Of a DNA stretch of 64,000 bases, positions 34,944 to 42,824 are shown in pieces. This stretch comes from Klebsiella phage iPHaGe-KPN-11i: the sequence record OR637327.1, one strand, 5' to 3'. The notes under the pieces were generated by a model. The model was given only the letters and a program-made list of their open reading frames with translations, did no database searches and was not told the DNA's origin. Position 1 is the first letter of the stretch. Each line of letters begins with the position of its first letter. The position numbers and the translations under genes are program-made.

Positions 34944-37193
34944 ATGAAATTACGTCAGTTAGCACCACAAACCATTCACACAACGGGCTTCGATAAAGGC
35001 GAACGCACGAAGTTTAAAATGGCTACCAGTGCGAAAACGTTCAAAATCCTGTCATCAACCATCTACAAATACAAGATCCGTGCAATCATTCGCGAGATCT
35101 CCTGTAACGCCATTGATGGACATCTGGTAGCGGGTAACATGAACCCGTTCGATGTTCAGTTGCCAACTGTTCTCGACCCGCGTTTCATCGTCCGTGATTA
35201 CGGCACAGGGTTAAGTGACTGGATGGTTAAAGAGGTGTTTACAACCTATTTCGAATCCACCAAAACCGACACCGACGAACTGATCGGGGCGCTGGGACTG
35301 GGTAGCAAATCCCCGTTCTGCTACACCGAAACATTCACTATCGAATCCATCCAGGACGGCGTTAAACGTGCGTACACGGCTTACATGGATAACGGTGAAC
35401 CTTTCGTTGACCAAATCTACGAAATCGAAACAGACGAACCTAACGGCGTTCAAATCACCGTTCCGGTTAAAGTCGAAGATATTGCAGAATGGGAACGTGA
35501 AGCGGCGCGTGTTTACGAACCGTTTACGGGCATCCGTCCTCGCTTTATCGGTGTTCAGGTTGATGTAAACTGGCAACCAAAAGAAGCAGACGATCGCGGG
35601 ATCATCCGTTATAAGTCTATCAACTATTCAGGCGTATACGCGCGTATGGGTAACATTTGCTATCCAATCGACATGGACATGTTCGAAAACTCGCTGTTCT
35701 ACTGCTACCGTAACAGCAGTTATGCGTATATTCTGGATTTCCCTCTGGGATCGCTGGACTTCATGCCGTCGCGTGAAGAGTTGAGCCTTGATAAAGTCAC
35801 CAAAAAAGTAATCATGGATCGACTGGAAAAGATCAACAAACGCTATGACGAAGAGTTAGTTGCGGAGTTCGGCAAGCAGAAAACGACCCGTGATAAAATC
35901 GTATGGTTCAACAACCTGCCTGGTTTGTTGCAGGGGTTCGTAACCCGTGATAATCGTTTCCGTGTGGGTAAAGATTCACTGGCTGAAATTCTGACGCATC
36001 TTAAAAGCTCTGAGACTGCAACCGGAAAATATGTCTGGGGATTCTGGGCGAACCCATATGACGGGAAAGATTGCGTATATGAGCGCGTTGGATCTGGTCG
36101 CCGTCATGAGAAATACAAAGCAGAAACCACCAAACGCCAGGACGTTATGCGTATTATTCAACCGTGGCGACAGAAGAAACTGTTCATCGTTGAAAATGAC
36201 AATGAAGCGCGTTCACTCCGCCCGTATCTGATCGGTTACTGCATGTTGCATGGTTCGGATCGTATCAGTTTCGTAACCAAAGAGATTAATAGCGATCCGG
36301 TTCAGGACTTGATCAGAACTGGGTACTTCGATGAATCCGAAATCGTTACACTGAAAACCAGTGAATTGACCAAAGAATTCGAAGTATACACCGAAGATCG
36401 CAAACGCTGGAAATCAACGCGTGAATCATCTTCTGGTGATTATGAATCGCGTCCGAAAACGCCTACTGCATATCATTACTTCCTGGATGATCAGGGCAAC
36501 TTACAGAAAAACGATCTGTACCTGACCAAAGCACAGTTCGTGAATCTGGATGAAATGTACGCAATGCGCCTGTACGGGATTGATGAATATAGCCGACTGG
36601 ACGGCGAAGCACCGAACTATTCGTTGGGTAGCATCGCAACCAGTATGATGACCATGTTAAAGGTCACAGGGCTGGAAGGTGTGATGGTTCTGCGAAACTC
36701 TCTGTGGAGTCGCATTCCAGATAGCAACATGAAATGCCTTGATGATTATCTGGTAAAACGTTTTGCGGACGCAGCGAAGAAGATAAAACCTAACTGGTTC
36801 CCTGCATGGATTTCATCAAACCACGGAAGCGAGATCCGAACCCTGCGCGATTCTATGGGCGTAACCCTTGATCGCATGGTTAAAAACCGCTATAATCCAG
36901 AATTGTATCTGTTGCTCGATTATCTTGATGGTAAGTTTACCTACGATACTATCGAGGGCAAAAACAAATCAAAAACTGTGGTGCGTAACCTGTTACTTCG
37001 TGAAATGTCAACGAAGTATTACAAAATGCGGAAAGATATGAAAGAACGCGTTGATACTGCTTACGATTTATTTGCAGAACGCAACCCATCAATTCATTAC
37101 ATGTTGTTGCATTCATCTTATTCTACATTCCGCAGTATGTTTAATGATGATAAAATTGTGATGGATTTGGTCAACCTTATACGGTGGAAATAA
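34944..37193 (+). CDS. rIIA: rIIA membrane-integrity protector (GHKL-ATPase-like N-terminus)
   Basis: KTFKILSSTIYKYKIRAIIREISCNAIDGH...DPRFIVRDYGTGLSD...GLGSKSPFCYTETFTIESI is colinear with T4 rIIA. 749 aa versus 725. Confidence 0.9.
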   Translation: MKLRQLAPQTIHTTGFDKGERTKFKMATSAKTFKILSSTIYKYKIRAIIREISCNAIDGHLVAGNMNPFDVQLPTVLDPRFIVRDYGTGLSDWMVKEVFTTYFESTKTDTDELIGALGLGSKSPFCYTETFTIESIQDGVKRAYTAYMDNGEPFVDQIYEIETDEPNGVQITVPVKVEDIAEWEREAARVYEPFTGIRPRFIGVQVDVNWQPKEADDRGIIRYKSINYSGVYARMGNICYPIDMDMFENSLFYCYRNSSYAYILDFPLGSLDFMPSREELSLDKVTKKVIMDRLEKINKRYDEELVAEFGKQKTTRDKIVWFNNLPGLLQGFVTRDNRFRVGKDSLAEILTHLKSSETATGKYVWGFWANPYDGKDCVYERVGSGRRHEKYKAETTKRQDVMRIIQPWRQKKLFIVENDNEARSLRPYLIGYCMLHGSDRISFVTKEINSDPVQDLIRTGYFDESEIVTLKTSELTKEFEVYTEDRKRWKSTRESSSGDYESRPKTPTAYHYFLDDQGNLQKNDLYLTKAQFVNLDEMYAMRLYGIDEYSRLDGEAPNYSLGSIATSMMTMLKVTGLEGVMVLRNSLWSRIPDSNMKCLDDYLVKRFADAAKKIKPNWFPAWISSNHGSEIRTLRDSMGVTLDRMVKNRYNPELYLLLDYLDGKFTYDTIEGKNKSKTVVRNLLLREMSTKYYKMRKDMKERVDTAYDLFAERNPSIHYMLLHSSYSTFRSMFNDDKIVMDLVNLIRWK

Positions 37194-38092
37194 TGAGAAA
37201 CGTTAAGATCCTTGACGATGTACAGAAGAAAGCAGTCTATGAGGGCTTTCTGACCAGCGCAAACAAAACCGCACTGGCTAAACAATTTGGTGTAAGCGTC
37301 CGAACCATCGGGCGCGTTATTACCGAGCAACACGCTAAGTATAATGTGGAAGCATCTAAACCACTTCCGCAAACAGATGTCAAATCTAAAATGATTGGTT
37401 CTGAATCGTTCATTACTCTGGTACTGGACGGCAAGATCATCACAGCGGATTCGTCACACCCTAACTTCGAAAAAGCACACGCTTTGATGGTTAAGGGCGA
37501 CATCGAGGGAGTTGCTACCCTGTTGGACACAACGCAAGCGTTGAAGATTTACAGCAAAGGCAACATTAAAATCATCGGGCATAAAGTCCTGTACAAAGAT
37601 ATCGTGTTTGACAGCGGTATCACGCAACGTATCGTTCGTGAAATGTACAATGATCGCCCTTACGAGCACCTGGTGAACTTCTTCGAGAAGTTGATGGAAA
37701 ACCCTTCACGCGATGCTGTGTATCAGCTTTACGGGTTCATGGTGCATAACGATATCGAACTGGCAGATGATGGAGATTTCTACGCGTGGAAACGTGTTCG
37801 TGAAGACTTCCGCGATCTGGCTTCTGGTAAGTTCGATAACTCCCCTGGTGTTGTGGTTGAAATGCCACGTAACCAGGTAGACGAGAATAAAAACCGAACC
37901 TGTTCATGCGGTTTGCATGTTGCCGCAAAATCGTACCTTCCTCACTATGGCGGAGGACGTGGGCGAGTCATTCAGGTTAAGGTTAATCCTCGTGATGTTG
38001 TAGCAATCCCGACAGATTACGATAACGCTAAGATGCGCGTATGTCGTTATCAGGTGATGCGTGATGTAACTGTGGGATTCAGTCACTACTAA
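37193..38092 (+). CDS. rIIB: rIIB
   Basis: FGVSVRTIGRVI..., LMENPSRDAVYQLYGFMVHNDIELADDGDFYAWKRV, FDNSPGVVVEMPRNQVDENKNRTCSCGLHVAAKSYL, RVIQVKVNPRDVVAIPTDYDNAKMRVCRYQV are colinear with T4 rIIB. ATG at 37193 overlaps the rIIA stop (TAATG). Confidence 0.9.
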   Translation: MRNVKILDDVQKKAVYEGFLTSANKTALAKQFGVSVRTIGRVITEQHAKYNVEASKPLPQTDVKSKMIGSESFITLVLDGKIITADSSHPNFEKAHALMVKGDIEGVATLLDTTQALKIYSKGNIKIIGHKVLYKDIVFDSGITQRIVREMYNDRPYEHLVNFFEKLMENPSRDAVYQLYGFMVHNDIELADDGDFYAWKRVREDFRDLASGKFDNSPGVVVEMPRNQVDENKNRTCSCGLHVAAKSYLPHYGGGRGRVIQVKVNPRDVVAIPTDYDNAKMRVCRYQVMRDVTVGFSHY

Positions 38093-38137
38093 CCCCAAAA
38101 CAGCGCCTGGAGCGATTCAGGCGCAGAGGATTCGATT

Positions 38138-38551
38138 ATGAAATTCCTACGAAGCATTCCTGACTACTGGCAGAACTTGAGCGGGGCAGAAACAGCCATT
38201 AAAACCGCTAAAGAACTCTGGAACGGCGGTAAAGTTACCGCTGGACGTACAGAAGACGGCGAACAGACATACTTCAAAAAACCTTACGGTATTATTGCAG
38301 CAGCCCTTGCATTTAATCTGGGTTATGTTATGCTGGTACTCGCAACGGTTCAGAAGTGGGTAGAGATACCGATGAAATGGATCGGGACGTTAACGATTCG
38401 CTTAGTTCGTTTACTGTTCGGATCGACGATCTTGATTTTGTCATGCCCTATCTTCTTGCTGGCACTGACTATGAATATGAAAACTGGTGTAAACACCAAA
38501 TTCGGAAATTTACTGGTAACGAAAAATGAAAAGAATTCTGACAAGGCTTGA
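38138..38551 (+). CDS. membrane protein (137 aa, about 3 TM)
   Basis: Hydrophobic segments IIAAALAFNLGYVMLVLATV and LLFGSTILILSCPIFLLALT. Confidence 0.5.
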   Translation: MKFLRSIPDYWQNLSGAETAIKTAKELWNGGKVTAGRTEDGEQTYFKKPYGIIAAALAFNLGYVMLVLATVQKWVEIPMKWIGTLTIRLVRLLFGSTILILSCPIFLLALTMNMKTGVNTKFGNLLVTKNEKNSDKA

Positions 38552-38963
38552 CATCCACAAATATGCTGTTAAGATAGGTGACATGAAGCGCGGTGACTTC
38601 ACCAAGTTCGAAGGGGTTGACCTGAAAGAACACGGCTTCTACCTGGTAGTTGATGATAAAACGGGTAAGGTAGTATTCCGATTCTACGTAGCCCCAAATC
38701 AACGCCGTAAGACTGGCGCAAACCGTACTCTGTTACGTATCAAACGCCGCGAACATGAACCATCAGCGATGGTTGCTTTACTGGATAGTGCTTCTCTATA
38801 CTTCGTTGCACACGATAAGATTAAAAACCTCTTTGGTTTCTCAAATCTTACTGGTACAATAGCGGAAAGCGCGATTCAGATGCGGTTCGGGGATGGTGAG
38901 AACTACACTGAATACAACCGCGCACTGAATGATCTGTTTGACTTTGAATTCCAACCATACTAA
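38526..38963 (+). CDS. hypothetical protein (145 aa)
   Basis: ORF overlapping the previous gene by 26 nt. Confidence 0.45.
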   Translation: MKRILTRLDIHKYAVKIGDMKRGDFTKFEGVDLKEHGFYLVVDDKTGKVVFRFYVAPNQRRKTGANRTLLRIKRREHEPSAMVALLDSASLYFVAHDKIKNLFGFSNLTGTIAESAIQMRFGDGENYTEYNRALNDLFDFEFQPY

Positions 38964-38971
38964 TTGAGATA

Positions 38972-39226
38972 ATGAATATGAAACTGTTTTCCAAAATCCG
39001 TTCTGTAGACGAAATCGTAGCAACTTTTGACAAAACCCTGACCGAACTCGAAGCGCGTATTGCTCACGATAACGAACAGGTCGCACAGGTAGCAGCAGAC
39101 CGCAAAGCAGCGGAAGAAGAACATCAGCGTAAGCTGGCTGAACTGGCTACCAAAGAAAGCGATCATACCGCAAGCGCAACACGCGCCGGACGTATCGCGG
39201 ATAAAATCCGCAAACTGCTGGATTAA
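38972..39226 (+). CDS. coiled-coil protein (84 aa)
   Basis: Heptad-rich LTELEARIAHDNEQVAQVAADRKAAEEEHQRKLAELA. Confidence 0.45.
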   Translation: MNMKLFSKIRSVDEIVATFDKTLTELEARIAHDNEQVAQVAADRKAAEEEHQRKLAELATKESDHTASATRAGRIADKIRKLLD

Positions 39227-39270
39227 TTATCTAAAATGGGGCTGAAAAGCCCCAATAAGGAAAATAATAT

Positions 39271-39501
39271 ATGTTTGTAATTTCTTCGTACTATGATTCA
39301 CGTCAACGAGTATCGTTGTCTTCTATTTCCAAAGCACCAAAAGATATAGATGACTTCGGATTGCTTAACTTTGTCAAAAAAGAAATCGACCGCGTTGTTC
39401 CAGAAAAATACAGAATTGTTAAAGGATCTGATAGCTTAACTATCGTAAAACTGTATGGCGAAGTCAGTATTCAACATCATGTGCCATTATATCCTCGATG
39501 A
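39271..39501 (+). CDS. hypothetical protein (76 aa)
   Basis: ORF with SD AAGGAAA. Confidence 0.45.
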   Translation: MFVISSYYDSRQRVSLSSISKAPKDIDDFGLLNFVKKEIDRVVPEKYRIVKGSDSLTIVKLYGEVSIQHHVPLYPR

Positions 39502-39519
39502 ACAACCTGGTAGCGAAAC

Positions 39520-39939
39520 ATGCCTGGATTAACCGCGCTTCTACTCACCGCGATCGCAAGCGAGCACTTAAAGAAGCAAAACGTAAACAGAAACATAAAG
39601 GTAAGTGTGATGAAAACCGCTTTGATTATTCTTGAGGAAATCCCAGAAAACACGGGGTTGTATCTCGTTGAAGCCGACGAAGATATCATTGAAATCCTCA
39701 AAACCGCTCACGGGCATTATGTGAACGGATGCAACAACACCCCAGAACAGGAACATGCTGTCAATATCGTTAACCTCATGTTAGGGCCGCGTACAGATGA
39801 CAACCTGGCATGGGCGAGTGAATCCAACATTCCTCATGAGTATGTCGGGATGTATTATCAGTGCAACGTTGACGATAAAGCGCCACTGATACCGGAAAAA
39901 CAGATCGATTTAGTAGTTCGAACAGGTTTCTTCTTATGA
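39520..39939 (+). CDS. hypothetical protein (139 aa; alternative start at 39610 gives 109 aa)
   Basis: No SD at 39520. The ATG at 39610 has an AAGG 9 nt upstream. Confidence 0.4.
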   Translation: MPGLTALLLTAIASEHLKKQNVNRNIKVSVMKTALIILEEIPENTGLYLVEADEDIIEILKTAHGHYVNGCNNTPEQEHAVNIVNLMLGPRTDDNLAWASESNIPHEYVGMYYQCNVDDKAPLIPEKQIDLVVRTGFFL

Positions 39940-40163
39940 GTTCACAAATTCTGTTCAGCAAAGAAGATCCATTAGGCACAGATTCATCGGTGCAGCGCTT
40001 ATTCTGGCACATGGATTATACAAAAAATCGTTGTCGTAACCCAAACAATACATGGGGAAGCAACGAAGACATTGATAAAGCAAAAATTTATCCTCGCGGA
40101 AAAGCATACTGGAAAATTTTTGATATCCATCTTCATAAAGTTATGAAAGATTCGAACGCATGA
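39936..40163 (+). CDS. hypothetical protein (75 aa)
   Basis: ATGA overlap with the previous gene. Confidence 0.4.
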   Translation: MSSQILFSKEDPLGTDSSVQRLFWHMDYTKNRCRNPNNTWGSNEDIDKAKIYPRGKAYWKIFDIHLHKVMKDSNA

Positions 40164-40173
40164 TAAAAAGCCC

Positions 40174-40203
40174 TTGACTTCGGTTGAGGGCTTTTGTTAT
40201 ATT
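40174..40203 (+). promoter_or_regulatory. PeSL-like element TTGACT-N18-TATATT in a hairpin, followed by the TCGAAACGAAAC leader
   Basis: AAAAGCCCTTGACTTCGGTTGAGGGCTTTTGTTATATTGG; leader at 40211-40222. Confidence 0.55.
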
Positions 40204-40239
40204 GGCTTTGTCGAAACGAAACCACTAAGGAGATTCACC

Positions 40240-41040
40240 ATGACTAACCTGACTAAAGTTACCGCGACATACTTCATTTCTTCTGGCGCTAAAAATGCTA
40301 TGTACACCCTGCGTGTAGAGCGTCGTGGAGGTGAATTTACTTCTGATAACTATATCTGCAACCTGTCTACTGACCCAGATAAAGCGGAAGCGAAAGCGCG
40401 TGAATACTTCGATCGCATGGTGGATCGTCTTAACCAGACCGATACTTTCCAGATGGTGTTCCAGGGCTTCGCAGATTTCGATCTGTTCGAACGTCGCGGT
40501 AAACTGTCTGTACAGGATACCGAAAATCTGGAACTGTTGGAGAATGGCATCATGCCAATCGGCAAGCGTAAAGGTGAAGTGATTGCTGATATGCCGATGT
40601 ATACTATTCTGTGGTGGGCTGATCAGTGCAAAGAAAACGGCAACGATAGCCCAGTATTTCAGGCTATTTGCTCTTACTGCATGGGCGTAGCGCTGGAGAA
40701 GGATTACATCGCTAAACGTGAAGAGATCCGCGCAGAATGGGAAGCAGAGCGCCAGGCGAAGATCGCAGCAGCGCAGCACATCGGGGAAATCGGTAAGCGT
40801 ATGGAAATGAGCGGGGTTGTTGAGAAAGTGATTTCTCTCGGATATACCCAAGTTTCTTATTACACCGAAGTGGAACGTTTCATGACCAAAATCAACGTAG
40901 ATGGTAACGTGGTTATCTACTACGGTAACAAAATTGTTGAAGAGGGTGATGTGATTCGCTTCAAAGCGACACCTAAACTTCACAACGAATACAAAGAAGT
41001 TAAACAAACAATCGTTCAGCGAGTAAAGGTATTAGAATGA
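40240..41040 (+). CDS. hypothetical protein (266 aa)
   Basis: ATG at 40240 after SD AAGGAG (MTNLTKVTATYF...). The ORF track's 40174 start lies inside the PeSL. Confidence 0.5.
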   Translation: MTNLTKVTATYFISSGAKNAMYTLRVERRGGEFTSDNYICNLSTDPDKAEAKAREYFDRMVDRLNQTDTFQMVFQGFADFDLFERRGKLSVQDTENLELLENGIMPIGKRKGEVIADMPMYTILWWADQCKENGNDSPVFQAICSYCMGVALEKDYIAKREEIRAEWEAERQAKIAAAQHIGEIGKRMEMSGVVEKVISLGYTQVSYYTEVERFMTKINVDGNVVIYYGNKIVEEGDVIRFKATPKLHNEYKEVKQTIVQRVKVLE

Positions 41041-41318
41041 CTTACGAAGAAATGTTAAACGAAGTGTGCGCGGGTAAAACCGCGTACCGTCCAATTAACC
41101 CAGATATGATCGTGTTCCGCGAAGGGGATACGATCATTCGACGTTCTCACCGTAAGGTTGAGATTAACCAGGTATTCATTGCCAGTGTTGAAGAACAGAA
41201 AGCAACCGACTGGGATATAGTTGCAGAAGATGATAACCACGACGAACTTGACCTGATCTTAGTCATACGTCCGTACATTTACCACAATCAATTCAGAGGC
41301 GAAGTGATTCTATCATGA
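41037..41318 (+). CDS. hypothetical protein (93 aa)
   Basis: ATGA overlap. Confidence 0.4.
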   Translation: MTYEEMLNEVCAGKTAYRPINPDMIVFREGDTIIRRSHRKVEINQVFIASVEEQKATDWDIVAEDDNHDELDLILVIRPYIYHNQFRGEVILS

Positions 41319-41590
41319 CACACGACGAAGCCATGAAAGCCGCTACACGCGGTTTTAAAGTCGCCCCTGTGGGTAAGGCTGGGTTCTTTGTATATCACAG
41401 CGTAGAGGCTGGTTTCCGGCGAATTACGATAGGGAACGTTGGATACTGGAACGATGAATATGTTCCGACACCTTACGAACTTATGCGCGTATGGGACATA
41501 TACGATAAAAGCCCGATGACGAAAGTAAAAGATTTCATCAATCGGGCTTTGAGTAGTTTGAAACTGAAATTATCATCGAATCCTGCCTAA
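41315..41590 (+). CDS. hypothetical protein (91 aa)
   Basis: ATGA overlap. Last plus-strand gene; convergent with holin t. Confidence 0.4.
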   Translation: MTHDEAMKAATRGFKVAPVGKAGFFVYHSVEAGFRRITIGNVGYWNDEYVPTPYELMRVWDIYDKSPMTKVKDFINRALSSLKLKLSSNPA

Positions 41591-42217
41591 AATTCTTGCG
41601 GCCTGATTGCACACGATCATTAACTTCGTATCGACGACTTCGGGCTTCTGTATATACCATTCCATTAGAATCGATCCAGAATAATAGTTTTCGAGATTGA
41701 AATAAGGACAACTAAAGGTATATGCTACCGGAACAAGGTTTTTTGTTGGAAGATACGGGCTTGCAATATCTGAGATATAGTACAGCCCGTTTATATGTCT
41801 ATTATACTCTTCCGATGTCTTGTCTATAGGATAGCCACCCAGATTTTTCGGGTTAATCTGTTGCGGTAACTTCCCTTCATACGCAATTATATCAACAAAA
41901 TAATTGACATTCTTAGGTCTGAACCCAAAGATTGCCGAAAAATCCGCACCCGTAGTTAAATGCACTATGTTTAACTGTTCGATGGATGCGGATTCAAACT
42001 TTTTTGCCTTTTCAATATCCATCGTCGGCACGTCTATAACGCTTGAAGATGTTTTCCAGACTGAAAATAAGTCATCCCACTTGTACCATGTTACAAACAT
42101 AATGAAAATAGTGACGATAAGAACCAATTTAATGAATAACTGTTTCCATGTTTTGACCGCCATGATGAACGATATTACCCGTTCAAGCACCGCCAATTTA
42201 TCTTGTAATAGCGACAT
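41573..42217 (-). CDS. t: holin T
   Basis: N-terminal TM segment, then LEQLNIVHLTTGADFSAIFGFRPKNVNYFVDIIAYEGKLP...GGYPIDKT...FSCPYFNLENYYSGSILMEWY...CNQAARILGRIR, colinear with T4 gpt (LEQLQIVHISSEADFSAVYSFRPKNLNYFVDIIAYEGKLP...CAQAARILGRAK). Confidence 0.93.
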   Translation of the reverse strand: MSLLQDKLAVLERVISFIMAVKTWKQLFIKLVLIVTIFIMFVTWYKWDDLFSVWKTSSSVIDVPTMDIEKAKKFESASIEQLNIVHLTTGADFSAIFGFRPKNVNYFVDIIAYEGKLPQQINPKNLGGYPIDKTSEEYNRHINGLYYISDIASPYLPTKNLVPVAYTFSCPYFNLENYYSGSILMEWYIQKPEVVDTKLMIVCNQAARILGRIR

Positions 42218-42270
42218 GTTTAATCCTCAAGTTCGGGGATGCCGACCCCCGAACATATTTAGGAATTTAC

Positions 42271-42789
42271 TTAACGTTGAGTAACCAAACCAGAACGGTT
42301 TTGGCCTACACGGGCGTTTAGATAGTCATACCATGCGGTTGTTTGACCAGAAGAGATCTGATATTGACGATATCCGTCATGAACACGACCGTTATTATTG
42401 AAATCAAATACGCCTCCGTCATCCATAGTAAGCCGTAAGTTAACAGCAGGGCCGTTTTGGATGGTGATTACGCTAATATCCGGGCCTGATTGCGCAGAAA
42501 CTACAGTACCGAACGCATTACCATTAAAACTACCACCGACCGCAGGATAACCAGAAGGTTTTGAATATGGCGAGTACCAACCAACCCCCCACTGACCACG
42601 ATAACGGGCGTTGTTATAGTAACGCTCATACACTGTAAAGTTGATGTTATAAACGGACTGACCCGCCATTCTGGACATCCAGAAGGGTAAACCGATTCGA
42701 ACGGCATTACCAGCAGCAGACATCCACCGTTGTCCTGTTTCACCGACCGCAGACGATCCGATCCACCCAGGAACTCCTACAATAGCCAT
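42271..42789 (-). CDS. 38: gp38-type distal-fibre adhesin (short, 172 aa) with a T2-type N-terminal attachment domain
   Basis: N-terminus MAIVGVPGWIGSSAVGETGQRWMSAAG matches the conserved T2/T6-type gp38 N-terminus (MAVVGVPGWIGSSAVNETGQRWMS). Gly/Trp/Tyr-rich remainder. Confidence 0.7.
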   Translation of the reverse strand: MAIVGVPGWIGSSAVGETGQRWMSAAGNAVRIGLPFWMSRMAGQSVYNINFTVYERYYNNARYRGQWGVGWYSPYSKPSGYPAVGGSFNGNAFGTVVSAQSGPDISVITIQNGPAVNLRLTMDDGGVFDFNNNGRVHDGYRQYQISSGQTTAWYDYLNARVGQNRSGLVTQR

Positions 42790-42806
42790 AAAAATACCTC
42801 ATGAAA

Positions 42807-42824
42807 GAGGGGCAATTAAGCCCC
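42807..42824 (-). terminator. hairpin overlapping the fibre-gene stop codon
   Basis: AGGGGCAATTAAGCCCCT; the TAA of the 737-aa fibre gene lies in the loop. No strong T-run. Confidence 0.35.

Noticed and set aside
42218-42270. Late promoter for holin t (minus-strand CTAAATAT upstream of the t ATG)
   Set aside because: It matches only 6 of 8 positions of TATAAATA and lies upstream of a hairpin rather than downstream. Too weak to call.
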